From positions 115,196,001-115,260,000 of the forward strand of contig OZ024742.1 in the NCBI GenBank assembly GCA_964016885.1: a stretch of 64,000 nucleotides of DNA. Reading direction: 5' to 3'. The translations under genes were made by a program, and so were the position numbers. Positions 1 to 15,589 of this stretch are shown here, in pieces. This DNA is from Eledone cirrhosa (Eukaryota). Each line of letters opens with the position of its first letter. The stretch's first letter is position 1. A model generated the notes under the pieces. That model had not been told where the DNA came from and searched no databases. It worked only from the letters and a program-made list of their open reading frames with translations.

Positions 1-300
1 TCCCCCTCCCCCTCCCCTGTATCTTCTTTGACCTCATGCCCAGCTGTAGCTGGCACTACAAACGCTTGATTGGGGCTACTACACCCCCTCCCCTCTTTCT
101 CCTACTGGCAGGTTTAGCCACCATCTCCCCTACTAATTTGCAACCACAGAATTACTACTGATTTTTGACAATCACTTTCACCATATATGGAGTTACCCCT
201 TGAGAAGATCGGCTATTTAAATACCAGGATAAATTTTCATTTAGTCCAGAACTAGCCGTGGGAAACGGCTTGAGCTCAGCTGTCGGGGTCTTACTGGTTC
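1..300 (+). mobile_element. Fragment of PLE 3' terminal region, homologous in inverted orientation to 24029-24350
   Basis: 170-300 (atcactttcaccatatatggag...gagctcagctgtcggggtc) aligns by eye to the reverse complement of 24029-24160, which lies downstream of a Naiad-like C-terminal ORF fragment; both end at a (TA)n tract. Confidence 0.6.
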
Positions 301-378
301 CTATATATATATATATATGTATATATTTGTTCTATACATAGAACAGTCTTTTTCCCCTAGCTTTTTCTTAGGAATTAC

Positions 379-452
<74 letters not shown>

Positions 453-457
<5 letters not shown>

Positions 458-514
458 ATTTCTAAAGAATGAAACAGTTCTAGTCCTGTAGAATCTCATC
501 TATATTAAAACTTA
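453..514 (+). repeat. Short dispersed repeat (second copy 30181-30242), possible truncated hammerhead remnant
   Basis: tgatgatttcta..gaatgaaacagttctagtcctgtagaatctcatctatattaaaactta occurs twice, each time embedded in (TA)n; contains TGATGA-stem-GAAA-CAG..CTG-TA but lacks the first C and a stem I partner. Confidence 0.55.
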
Positions 515-595
515 TATATATATATATATATAGTTGAACAAAGAGGCAGTACAAATGGTATGGAGTTTTAGTTTCACGCTTGAGAGTGGGAGGTA

Positions 596-659
<64 letters not shown>

Positions 660-828
660 TTTTGACTGTTGTTTCTTGTAAACCTTCATTCGTCTCATTT
701 TGACGTCACCGGCTCTGTCTTTCCACATATGCGTTTTATTTTCATAATCACGCATGATGGTGAACTAGCCTGCTTTTAATTCCCTTTTTGGCATATTAAT
801 CAGTGAGAAATGTTGGTTATCGAGTTGA

Positions 829-908
829 GCTCTGCTGAGGATCGTATTGCAACCGTGACCATCTCCACTGAGAGTTTTCGTGAAATAGTCTTAAAGACTA
901 TACGGAGC
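829..908 (+). ncRNA. Type I hammerhead ribozyme motif
   Basis: Stem I GCTCTG/CGGAGC; core CTGAGGA; long stem II region (weak closing); GAA; stem III ATAGTCT-taa-AGACTAT; cleavage triplet AUA. Confidence 0.65.
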
Positions 909-1144
909 ATTTGTAGTTTTCCAAATTAAAGGATGAGTATTTTAAACTTTATTATATTAAGAGTTAAGGCACTATTGATTTTTCCCTGGATTTCAATAAA
1001 TTCTGTTGGATTAATCTTTTTGAATTGAGTTTGAATTATTTTTCCCACATCTTACGTTAACTATTTTTTCCCATTTTGACGCTATAGTCACTTATATATT
1101 ATGGAATACTGTTGGATTTTGCTGCAATATTTTCTATATCTTTC

Positions 1145-1183
<39 letters not shown>

Positions 1184-1209
1184 TGTAATAAACAACATAA
1201 TGCAATTAT

Positions 1210-1267
1210 TCCATTTACCAGTGGTTTCTTAAAAGCAAAAAATGATGCTTTCAATCATCAGAATGAA
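1210..1267 (-). ncRNA. Type I minimal hammerhead ribozyme (intact core)
   Basis: Minus strand: TTCATT CTGATGA TTGAAAGCA..TGCTTTTAA GAA ACCACTGGT A AATGGA; stems I and II pair, near-palindromic stem III, GUA triplet. Confidence 0.85.
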
Positions 1268-1409
1268 AAAAACCTGGTCTATTTATTGATATTGGATTTT
1301 AAAAAGAAAAATGCAATCTATATGAAAGTGAGGCTGGAGAAGGAAGAAGGAAAGGAAAAATACACATGCAAACACATACACACACACACAAATGCATACA
1401 TACACACAT

Positions 1410-1448
<39 letters not shown>

Positions 1449-1621
1449 CATACACTCATACATACACACACACATATACACATACATATGTGTATATATA
1501 TACACACATACACATACATATACACATACATACATACACACATAAATATCAACACAGCCATACATACACATACATATATACAACAACTCACACATATATA
1601 CACACATATATATAGAAATAG

Positions 1622-1660
<39 letters not shown>

Positions 1661-2104
1661 TATGCTTACACATACACATACATAGCCATACACACATACA
1701 TATACATACATATATACATACATACATACACACAAACATACACATATACACACGTACATAAATACACATACATAAATGCATACATATGCATGTACAAAAT
1801 TAGAAAAATATACACACACCTCTACATATTCACACACGCAAATAAATATAAGAAAAAATATATATAAAATAAAATAATAAAATCTATTATACAGTTGACA
1901 GCGATACAGGCAACGAATAAACGAACAAACACTCGTGGTAAGCAACACACAAATGCACGTACACATACATACGTATAAACAAATACATACACACACTCTC
2001 ACACATAATTACACATATACAAATACATAAACACATACATACGCATACACAAATACATACACAAACACACACACATATATACATATATACACACACATAT
2101 ACCT

Positions 2105-2207
<103 letters not shown>

Positions 2208-2277
2208 TACATACATAGCTATACAATTATACACATACAAATATGTACATATCACAAACACGCACAACCAAATACAA

Positions 2278-2385
<108 letters not shown>

Positions 2386-2478
2386 CTCAATCTTAGATAA
2401 TTCATACGAACGTTATATAACTACAAAACATACATATACATATATATAGTAATGTAATAAACAACATAAGACAAGTAT

Positions 2479-2536
2479 TCCATTCACCAGTGGTTTCTTA
2501 AAAGCAAAATATTTTGCCTTCAATCATCAGAATGAA
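2479..2536 (-). ncRNA. Hammerhead ribozyme copy with non-cleavable GUG triplet
   Basis: Same fold as 1210-1267 but the base at the cleavage site is G. Confidence 0.75.
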
Positions 2537-2544
2537 AAAACCTG

Positions 2545-2617
<73 letters not shown>

Positions 2618-2823
2618 CATACACATACATACACATACATTTTGGTATGTGAAGGGTAAGGCAAACAAAACATATATATATATATGAGGGGAAAAGGAGG
2701 GGGAAAATGACATAGGAAAAGGTGAAATATAAGGGGAGATAGGGAGAAAAAGAATACAAGAGTACAGAACGTGAATTCAGCAGGTAAATAAACCGTAGTA
2801 GCAGTAAAGAGCAGAGAAGGAGT

Positions 2824-3033
2824 TCAAGGCGGTTGAGTTATCATAGGAATGCCAATCCAGTTACAGATCAGATGTGGTTTCAGATGAGGACAACATCTGA
2901 AGATCTCGGTCTTTGAGTTTAGGCAAGTAGAAGTGGCTCTCATGTTTAGCAAAATCCTGTATTTTTCTGTGGTACACAAAGAACAATTTTTTTGCCCCTT
3001 TGGTACTCCCTCGAATGGTCTAAGATAGACCAA
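2824..3033 (-). pseudogene. C-terminal fragment of PLE (Naiad-like) GIY-YIG protein
   Basis: CSLCTTEKYRIL...LNSKTEIFRCCPH matches the CxLCxxEK...LNxRxE...CxH tail of PLE endonuclease regions. Confidence 0.7.
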
Positions 3034-3196
3034 TCGATAGAGTACAATATGTAGAGGTGTGTGTATATTTTTCTAATTTTGTACATACATATGTATGCAT
3101 TTATGTATGTGTATGTATGTACGTGTGTATATAGGTATGATTGTGTGTATGTATGTATGTGTATGTATCGTGTATGGCTATGTATGTGTATGTGTA

Positions 3197-3239
<43 letters not shown>

Positions 3240-3406
3240 TTCTATATATATGTGTGTATATATGTGTGTGTGGTTGTATATATGTATGTATGTATGGATG
3301 GATGTTTTGATATTTATGTGTGTATGTATGTATGTGTATATGTATGTGTATGTGTGTATATATATACACATATGTATGTATATATGAGTGTGTCTATGTA
3401 TGAGTG

Positions 3407-3453
<47 letters not shown>

Positions 3454-3607
3454 GTGTGTGTATGCATTTGTGTGTGTTCGTGTGAATGTGTTTGCATGTG
3501 TGTTTTTATTTTATTTTTCCTTTGCTTCTTCCTTCTCCAGTCTCTCTTTCATATAGAGTGCATTTTTCTTTTTAAAATCCAATATCAATAAACAGACCAG
3601 TTTTTTT

Positions 3608-3665
3608 TTCATTCTGATGATTGAAAGCGAAATCTTTTGCTTTTAAGAAACCATTGGTAAATGGA
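3608..3665 (+). ncRNA. Type I minimal hammerhead ribozyme (intact core)
   Basis: TTCATT CTGATGA TTGAAAGCGAAA-tc-TTTTGCTTTTAA GAA ACCATTGGT A AATGGA. Confidence 0.85.
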
Positions 3666-3757
3666 ATAATTGCCTTATGTTGTTTATTACTTAACTATTA
3701 AGCTCTGTTACCTACATAGAGCACTCTTTTTTCCTGGACTTTTCGGACGGAATTACG

Positions 3758-3862
<105 letters not shown>

Positions 3863-3939
3863 GATTTTTAATTTTACAAGATATTTGTTATGTGTTAATA
3901 ATTAATATTCCTAAAGATGTCTTCCAAAAGTAACGGTTG

Positions 3940-4174
3940 CATTTTGAAAGGGTATGCCAATATTTATTTATAAAACTGGTATATATTGTATTTTGTCTGA
4001 TAAAAGCATACCATAATTTATCATGGTATCCTTGAAATATGTATAATAAAATAGATATGGTTTTATAAATATAGTTTCCATTTGTTAATATCGTATATTT
4101 ACTCCAAATACTTGTCAAGTTCTTTATATCAGTTATAAAATATTTGCTTGTTGTATCCCAACAATTTAAATAGA

Positions 4175-4178
<4 letters not shown>
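3940..4178. repeat. Dispersed AT-rich repeat (related copies ~7550-7690 and ~7860-8085)
   Basis: Shared string gaaatat(a/g)tataat..aaata(g/a)atatggttttataaat...tttcca at all three sites; further block tttatatcagttataaaa shared with 7635. Confidence 0.6.
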
Positions 4179-4265
<87 letters not shown>

Positions 4266-4814
4266 ATATACAAAGTAGTTTAAATGTTAAATTATTTTAT
4301 TGATAGGGATACATATTTCTATGACTCCAGTGACCAAGCGATTCTGCGTAGTAATTTGTGCCATAATCTCTTCACACAGCTTCTTACATAATAAGGTTAC
4401 AATAAGGAGGTAATTCTAAATTGAAGCGACAAGGGAATGGATAAACATGATGTCCTTGAAACGAATGTCCGTTCCTGTGTGAGCCCCGATTCACCACCAC
4501 AAATCTGTGCAAGCTTAATTGTGGAACGTAGACTAAGTAACTGACTACCGCCGCAATCAAATGAAACTAGCCTATGGAGGTTCTTCCTCCTATAATCCAA
4601 CGGTAAGAGAGTTCATGCCACACAGCTACGATGCCGGCCACTGTTAGTGTTTTGGCAGATGACTAAAATGTATTATGTTTTTCAAAAGCATACTTTTGAA
4701 AAGCACAAGAAATGTGAAACCGGTAAATGAAACAAATAAATACTGTTAAAAAGAATCCAGTTGCATTTTCGATTTCTTTTCACTATACTTTCACCCGTGT
4801 AGGAACCTCAATTG

Positions 4815-6326
<1,512 letters not shown>

Positions 6327-7697
6327 GTGTTTGTGTGTGTGTGTATGAACTTATCGAACCAGACAAATTGAATATGTCTTAGCTCACCGAATTTTCGCCG
6401 AATGATTTGATGCATTTATGAAAAACAAGTCTATATATCATAGCACATAAAATGAGTTAGTTAGTCGTAAAAGCTATGAGTTGACGGAACGCAATTTATA
6501 CAGTCCATGCTGGCGTGAATGGACCAAAAGATCGCTAAAAACAGCAGCTCTTTACTTTTCATCTTACGAAACACTACTTATATATAGAATTAGGAACCCA
6601 TATATAAATAAAAAACGGAGTTAATGACTCACGTAAATCACCTATAATTTGATGAGCTCAAGGTATAGATTCCAGGTTCTTTATAAATCACTATATAGAG
6701 GGAAATACACAAAGATGTATGTGTTTACTCATAGGGGCTAGAGAACCACCAGATTAAAAAACACCTAGTCTACGAAAGGTAAGGAGAATACAGATCAATT
6801 AAAAGATTAACGTGCATGTTTTCTCTCTTCAACATGTGCGTATATTAGTTATCTAATATATGTTTAGCTGTGTAGACGTCATTGTGGTCAACTTTTTAAA
6901 TCTACATTTTTTTGGCGAAACATGTTATAGTTAGAGAATGTTGAGGTGCAATAGTTCTGACCGGATGGTTAGTACATTTTAATTGATATGTATTCTTCTT
7001 CCCTTCCGTAGAGAATATGTTCTTCACTCTGGTGGTTGTATATCCCCTATGAGTAAAGACATATTTCTTTGTGTAATTCTCATCTATGTACTGATTTATA
7101 TATATATATATATATATATACATATATATATTTACCTCGCAGCTAAAACCATGCCTCACACCGCTGTGGTCAACCCCTTTCTCTCACTTCCTTAACCAGA
7201 AATTAAGTTAGCTGACACTAGATGATATAAAGAGCCGAGTTACGTCAGTGGTTTCCTATACTCTGTGCAAACAGGCACCCCAATTTTCCGACCAGCGGGC
7301 CCCAACACCCGACCCCGGCTTGTGATCCGGGGAGATACTGCCTCGAACACAACCCCCTTTGCACGCATGAGACAGTGATAAATACCACAAGTAAATAGGA
7401 CGCGCCTATTACTACTACTTACCGCTCTCCCCACCACTAAAAGTGACTTTTGAACCTGTGCCCGTGTGTGTGTGTATCCACATGTGAGCGTATATGGAAT
7501 TGTCTGTATGCGTTCATGTATGCATGCGTGTGGCTGTGTAGAAGAAATATGTATAATGAAATAAATATGGTTTTATAAATACTGTTTCCATTTGTTAATA
7601 TATTGTATATTTACTCCAATAACTTGTTGAGTGCTTTATATCAGTTATAAAAATATTTTGGTTGTTGTATCCCAACACATTAAATATAACCTCTAGT

Positions 7698-7766
<69 letters not shown>

Positions 7767-8181
7767 CAAAGAGATATTTAATTTGTTGGTAATTCAACAA
7801 ATATATGTATAACAGATTCGAAGCACTGGAGATTAATATCAATGATATCAATAAATGGAGACTGTATTTATATAACCATATTTATTCTATTATATATATT
7901 TCAAGCGTACCAAAACATTGGTACGGTCTCATCATATAAAATACAAAGTTTCTTTTATAAATATTGACATACCCAGGAATGATATTTAACGGATGAGAGC
8001 GTACCAATGTTTTGGTACCTTTGAAATATATATAATAGAATAAATATGGTTTTATAAATAAAATTTCCACTATTAATATCATTGATATATATATATATAT
8101 ATGTCTGTGTGTGTGTTTGTGTGCGCATGTGTATGTGTGTCTGTGTGAGTGTGTGTGATTGTGTGTGGGGCTTGATGTGAA

Positions 8182-8483
8182 GGCGTATAAAATGTTGATT
8201 AGGGTATTCTGCTCATAACGTTAGGACTTCATTTCTATCCCCCGAGGTGTATTGTGTCTTGGAGCAACTAACATCATGTCATGTTGCTCCAGTCCACGCA
8301 ATTGGTAAAATCCGTGCCTGTACTTCGAAGGGCCATCCTTATCACGTTGAATCTCCATGAAAAATATATTAGGAATACGCCTGTCTCTGGAATACTCATC
8401 TACTTATAACTTTATTTCATGAGCTGTTTGTTCCGTTGATCGGATCAACTAGAACACTCGTCGTCGTAACCGACGGAATGCCA
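8182..8483 (+). mobile_element. Degenerate tRNA-derived SINE (CORE-like central part), resembling an octopus SINE family
   Basis: Degenerate A-box-like head, tgtgtcttggagcaa...tgctccagtccac central motif, 3' gttccgttgatcggatcaactagaacactcgtcgtcgtaaccgacgg tail; family assignment from recall. Confidence 0.6.
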
Positions 8484-8507
8484 GTGATGTACCCCACCCC
8501 GCACAGA

Positions 8508-8587
<80 letters not shown>

Positions 8588-10194
8588 TGCGAACAAGCAG
8601 GTGGGACAATCAATCACACAAATCCGAACGTAGACACACCTAGAACAAATGAAAGCCATCATCGAATGCTCTATACACTAGTAACACACACAGAAAAAAA
8701 AAAACAATAAACAAATCATCAATTTGGACATGGCCATCAGACTCCAAACACGTGAATTAAATGTGTATATAAGACATCTCTCATAATACCTACATCAGAC
8801 ACACGCCATATTTCTTAAACCATAACAGGTGCTACATATGGGGTTGAGAGAGGCATGAAATTACGTAGTTTCTTCTTGGAGAAATTGTATTACATTTTCA
8901 CACCATCGAGTGCTTCGTGGCCCCCTCACACAATTCAATTGGTATCTTCTCTAATTTCTACCTCATATTATTCCCCTAGATTTATGTAATTCATTAAGAA
9001 CGTTTTGATTATTATTATTTTTAGTTTGTTTGTTTATAAACACTAGTTAAGAGCAATTTTGTTTTGAGGCTGTGAAAATCTCTTTGTCACACCTTGGATT
9101 CACCCTAGTGAAGTGATCTTATTCTTTTGAGAAAGATCACATGATGAGACAGCAGAATTTACTACTACAATATAATGCTTCCATGTTTAGTCGCGTTAGA
9201 ACTACGTCGTATTCTAATGAACAAATACCTGCTGTGGAAATGATCTCATGTTCCACTGCTAAACAATAGCTACGTGCAGTTACGACCTCCACATGCATTA
9301 TGAACCTCGTGATGAACCTTGTCGGAATCCGAAGAAACTATCGAAGATTTTTCTCGTTTTCTATCGAATGGTATCTGTTCGAGAATATTCATGTTAGTCT
9401 CATACTTGTTTGTATGTATCGCTAAAGTCAACTGTATCAACATACAACTGGTCATTTTGTGGTAATACCCTATTTGAGGACTTTTGGTTAATAATCCCAG
9501 CTCTAAAGCTCGTCGGATTCGTGATCAAATCCTCCTAAGTTCGATGTGATTAACATTAGCTACGGGGAAGCTGAATACCACGATGGTGACATCAAAGTCC
9601 ATATCCTCTTGTCCGGCGCTCGGGAACAACACAGACGTCACCTGCATTCCTGGCTCTCCAATTCACCCGCCAGTGATATGCGAGTGCCTAGAGACCAAAC
9701 ACACAGTCCTGTCGCGAATGAGAGAGAAGATGCACCTCATCGACGTTCACAACAATAGCATGTCGATATAAAGACACATATCGTAATGTGGCTCTTTGTT
9801 TGCAAACGCATCGAGTATTAATGGTCTTATTCTTATGTTATCATTATCAATATTCGATATAAATCTCACGAAGTCATTTACGTATCTGATTTTAGAGGGA
9901 AAACAAAATGTGTTTAAATGTTCGGCAAAGCCACTCGAAAATATGCTCGGTATACCAATTAGGTTATTTCAGCCGAAGAATACTTTAGAAGAATACTTTA
10001 TATATTCTCAAGAGTTCTAGTCTGTAGCAGGAAAAGGAGAGATATACAATATTGACAATATCCCTGAAACGCTTGTCCATTGTTTCTATCTGCTAGCACT
10101 AGGAACAAAATGATAACGATTGTAGTCTAAAGACACATAGCGCCATCAGTCTGTTTGCTTGCAAACGAATCCAATATTAATATTATTATCATAC

Positions 10195-10390
10195 TGTGGA
10201 TTGGCAGTATCGGTAGAGGATCGGACGCCATGCATTGCAGTAAAGAGTTACGGCCCTTTATAATCTGAGTTCAAATCCCGCCGAGGTTAACTTTTCCTTT
10301 CATCCTTACGGGGTCGATAAAATAAAGTACCAATAATACACTGGGATAATTGCTGGCCTTGTGCCAAAAGAAGATACGATTATTATTATT
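10195..10390 (+). mobile_element. tRNA-derived SINE with (ATT)n tail
   Basis: A-box-like tggcagtatcgg, B-box gagttcaaatccc, central cctttcatccttacggggtcgataaaataaagtacc, 3' gctggccttgtgcc, (ATT)n tail; about seven copies in window. Confidence 0.85.
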
Positions 10391-12208
10391 CGATAGAAAA
10401 CTCACCAATGCATTTACGCATCAGCTTTGTTGGAGCCAAAACAAGTTAACACACACACATATATATATATAATCAGATTTAGTCTAGGGTATACTTTGCT
10501 AAATAAGTAAAAGGAAATCTATATTAATGTTATGTAACAATTGTCATGTAAATACCATAATTTACATTTCAAATGTTATATAAGTTACGTATTATGTATT
10601 GAGTAATTCCTTCTGTTGCCTATCAAAAATATCTAATACTGAAGCTTTTAATAGATGTATTTGTTCTAAAATATGTTATTTTCGTGATTAGACGTAGAAA
10701 AGCGATATCCAAAACATGGCTATTCGCCGTTGACGCTTTCCAGTAAAGTAATTTATTAATGTTCTTTGTAAAGGACAATCCATTTTCCAAACCACCAGGT
10801 CACATCTATGACAAACTGATATTCAGACAAAACTGATTAGAGTCAAACAGAGAATACATGAAATTTCATACAATTGCCAGTTTAGGTTCTTTATACAAAA
10901 TTAGCTTTGATTTAATATTTCTTTCATTTATACTAGTCTTATATTTTGAAAGAGACGTTCTCTTTCTTTTTATGTTTATCCTTTGAAAAGTATCACAGCT
11001 TATGACAAAATGTTATCAGAAGAGATATAGTAAATTATATAGCACCTTATCATGTGGAAATCAATGTTAAATGAGAAAATGTTTGAAATGAGAGAAAGTG
11101 TTTCAATTATTCACGTTATGGATAGAGAAAGTATTTCATTATTCACACTATTAACTCGAGTCCTGGGTATTTGAAATATTACTTATACTTATTAAAGAAA
11201 GTGCAACTGGTTAACTTCTAACAAGATAGGTGAACGTAGTTTAGAGTTAATCACTTGTATTCTTTTGAAAATGTTAAATTATATATCTATTCACACGTTT
11301 CTGATGGAAATGCTATTTTAAAACTTTTGGACTTCGGCATCAGCTATGCCCGATTAGACAGAAATTGGGTGGTTCATTGCAAAGTTGGAGGTTATGAGTT
11401 CAAACGTTATGCAAAGCGTTTAAAATATCATATAAAGCAAGGAAATATATAGCATTAATACATTAGAGATGAACAGAGGACAATTATGTCCACTCATATG
11501 AATATATGCATTCACACTTGATTGCCACCACACGCGCTAATTTAGCCATACATAACACTCACGCCAATACACTTCTATGAGCAAACAAATAACTATTGTT
11601 CAGTATATTCACACAATGTGCTCACGTAGATATATCCCAGCACAACTACGCACACAAATACACATATGCTGCACACAATTATGTATATATATATATATTT
11701 ATATGTGCAACCTGCAGTATTCTTCTCCCCATTTGTTCACATATATTTACCTAAACTGCGAATCTGTTTTTATCTCTCTCTCTCTCTTACTGCTCCCTCG
11801 TTCTCTCTGTTTCTCTTACTTTCTTTCGCCCCCTTCTGTCATGTCAGTTAACACTTTCTCTCTACTGACCTCTTCCTTACACTTCCACTCACTCACTCAC
11901 TGTTTCTCCCCTTCTCACTTCACCCCGTTCGCGATGAAAACAATTTCCTTCTTTCTTACATTTGGATTCATCTCGAAAGGTGTTTTTGCTACGCGCTCAT
12001 ATATTCACCCAGCTTATGCTGACAGAATAACTATGTAGCTTGTACCCTTCCTATCTACGGTTAGCTTTCCTCTTTGTTTGCACCAACGTGAGGTATATGA
12101 TTTTTAATGCAATGAAATAACTATGATCGTTGGCAAATCACTGATGAGGGACTCATTTTATAACATGTTATCCATGTGCAACCTGCAGTATTCTTCTCCC
12201 CATTTTTT

Positions 12209-12249
<41 letters not shown>

Positions 12250-12779
12250 GTATATATAAGTTAGTCAAATTGTTTATAATGACAAAATACGATCAGTCAA
12301 TTGTCTGTTCGACAAGCCTACACATTAACAAGAAATAAACTAAGCTGACCCTCGAATGAAGAGGCACGTCTTGCTTTCGTAGATTAATATGCTCTTGTAA
12401 TAATAAAACTCGATACAAAATTAAATTAAAAACTCCCTATTGATAGCATCGAAAGATTTCTCATAATATGTCTGAATTTTGAAAGGGAGTTACGTATAAC
12501 ATTCCCATATGTCTACTTGTATGTGTGTAGTGTTGTTCATTTATAACTGAATGGAACACCGAACTACAACTTAATTCCATTATTCTTTATATTTTAAATA
12601 TATTCTTCGTTGAGAGGTCTATTATGGGCTGTGTAATTAACGCAATACGTTTTCTTTCTGCAAAGGAACAGTAATATACTACTATAACATAGCAGAAAGG
12701 CTTTCTGCTTGAACCAGGACTTGGAAAAATAACGTCGGTATATATAGGCGACGTCTACCTGATTGTGTCGAAACTTGGA

Positions 12780-13400
12780 AGTCGAAATGTTCGGAAACAT
12801 TTTAGTTGAATATGAAAGACTCACGGAAGCAAAGAACAATCCGGAAAATGAGTGTGTTGATACCCGGTCAGGAAAATCCATTTCGTTCAACAGCATTATC
12901 GAAGGCAGGATATAAGTATCGCTGAATTTGCTCGGAATCTGGTTTCGACCTGCAGGTGGGTAAGACCCGGGATTTGGTATCGAACAGCGTTGCCTATCTA
13001 ACCCAGAAATGTAAGCCATCCATTTAAATTTGGATGGGGTGGCAAACCCGTTCATAACGTCCGTAATCTATTAGCGCCTGACAGACGTGTCTTGCCCAAG
13101 TCCATACCTCATCAAATTGGAGACACTCCTCTCAAAGCTTTTGTGGAAGAAACGATTCCTCAGATGCGAGGGGCTATCTGCTACCAACACCTTCAAGGAG
13201 AGATGGAATACCAGGACTGATGATATGTATACATGCAATGAGTCTCGGGCATCTCCAAATATTTCTAAACATTGAACAAATGTGGTCACCGTCTGTTAGA
13301 TATTTCTTCCTGCAGATTGTCATTTGAGCAACTGCCGTGAGCAATCTCTGCCATCACTTCTGCTGGGACGTTTAAAATGCCAAAGGGTTTTTTTCCTCTG
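12780..13400 (+). pseudogene. Ancient, heavily decayed fragment of Tx1-type ORF2 (post-RT region)
   Basis: Translates in pieces to LNLLGIWFRP, VANPFITSVIY*RLTDVSCPSPYLIKLETLLSKLLWK, LNIEQMWSPSVR, collinear with VKLLGVWFGP, VANAYIASVICYRLTVVPCPKPRLTALERLLFRFLWK, LDGDQVWSPFAR of the array ORF2. Confidence 0.75.
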
Positions 13401-14592
13401 GTGATGAGGTTTTCCGCATGTGCCTAACGATCATTCTACTCTGTTAAATTCTTGCTTCAGAAAGTTTGAGCTTTTGCAGGTGTGGCTGCAAAAGTGGTAT
13501 TGTTGTTCTTGTTGCTGTTGCTACTGATAATGTTGTCGTTATTCACATTATTTTTTTATTTTTTTGGTTTAAAAATTAATAGACCTATCGGAACTTAGAA
13601 ATGCATGTCTTAACAATTTACTCAACAATTATATAAAACTTAATAATAGTAATAACGATAATAGTAAGACCTTTATATATAAACATAAATGTCAACGAGT
13701 TCATAATGGAGAGCAATTAATGGCAGATGTTTATTATAATGGTGATTATAAATGTACTTGTCAAACCTGAAATACCTATTCCTGAATATGTTGGCCAAGC
13801 ATTCACTGAGCAGAAAAATATGTTACTATTCCATTTTAAAAATTGCACTGGGTTAACCTTATGAGAAATCAGTGTAAAACTTGATTGCGAAACACACAAA
13901 TATGTGGGCGAGAAGGGCATGAGAAAAAATCCACAAAATTACAGCGAGATGACAGTAGGCCCAGGAAGGAAACTTATGGAGAAAGTGATCTATTTTGATT
14001 GAATGTGTTATGATTTTACATAGTCATTTTACATAGTAATTGCCGATGTCGTTGCACAGTCTATCTTGCTCATAACGAAGATGACAAGGGTGATGACGAC
14101 GATGATGATCATGATGATCATGATCATGATCATGATGATGGTAATAATTAGTACTTTGATGATGATGACTAAATTTATAACACTGAATCTAGAAACAACG
14201 GAGTCGTTGATGTGCATTTGTAAAATTACCCATTCACTAACAGGTTCAAAACAAAAGCAAAACAAACACAAAAAAACATTGGTACAAGCTTCGTGTAAAG
14301 ATCAGTTACATATTCCTCGTTAATCGGAAAATGTATCACTTTTTTACACAAGACAAAATAATATGTCGAAGATGTAAAGGAAGCCCCGACATTCAATTGT
14401 TTAAACAAAAACGCTTTGGTTTAACTATACAACCAGTAACGTAATATAACAGCCATATCGCACATCTAAAATCAGTGATATTTACAAAAACTTAGAAGAG
14501 GTTATAGACGCATATACGTGTACAAATATGTAACTCCACTCATACCAAACATATGCACACACACATACAACCACACTCACACACACACACAT

Positions 14593-14680
<88 letters not shown>

Positions 14681-14797
14681 GCATACATGGATATAGAGGG
14701 GGGAGAGAAGAGAAACATGCACAAGTACATGTTGCACAAATGTTCCTTGGTTTATCTGTAAAATAAACTGAAATATTTTACCACATATTTAGATAAT

Positions 14798-14978
14798 TGT
14801 TTCTACTTTAGGCACAAGGCCAGCAATTACCCAGTGCATTACTGGTACTTTATTTTATCGACCCCGTAAGGATGAAAGGCAAAGTCAACCTCGGCGGGAT
14901 TTGAACTCAGATCGTAAAGGGACATAACTATGCTGGAAAGCATGGCGTCCGACCATCTACTGATACTGCCAATCCACC
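14798..14978 (-). mobile_element. SINE (same family as 10195) with target-site duplication
   Basis: Reverse complement of the 10195 family; flanked by direct repeat accacatatttagataat at 14780-14797 and 14976-14993. Confidence 0.85.
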
Positions 14979-15589
14979 ACATATTTAGATAATATTTGAA
15001 AGGCTTATTTCCTTATTCCCAACAAATCCTTGTTTCAGAAATAAGTATAATTGGGATAGTTTATGCAAGTAATTTCTTTCGGTATAGTTAAATGCTGTTA
15101 CTGACAAGAAAGCATGTGCTTAGAACAAGTCTGCATAGGTGTGTTTCTATGAAGGTATTAATGAACACCTCTGTATTTTATCTGGATCGGGATATTCAAC
15201 ACATCATGTGTTAGAGATCAGGAAATGGAAGCTTTATGTATTCATGAACTTCAGAGGAACTATGAACATTAGTGGATTTTTCCAAGCAAATAAATGTCAC
15301 ACATATGATTAGTTAGCTAAAAGTTATTTATGAATGAATATTTTATCATCAGTTGGAAAAATTGTGTGATTGTATGTATGCGGGTATTTATAGATGGATA
15401 TACGTGTGTGTGATCATGCGGGTTGATTAATGATTTCCGAATTCATCGGGTTAACATTATCTCAAATATGTCACATTTAAATAGAAATACATTTCAATTT
15501 CAATTTGAAATAAGAGATATTTCAGGCGTTCTTTTCTCCCTGTTCGGCGTTTCTGCTCTATTTGTGAGAATGCATACCCATCCATTTGT

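Noticed and set aside
240-290. Hairpin agccgt-gggaa-acggct in the PLE terminal region as hammerhead or SECIS
   Set aside because: Core nucleotides of neither motif are present in both copies.
9230-9770. GC-richer block possibly an exon or transposase remnant
   Set aside because: No convincing motif in any frame and no clear splice structure.
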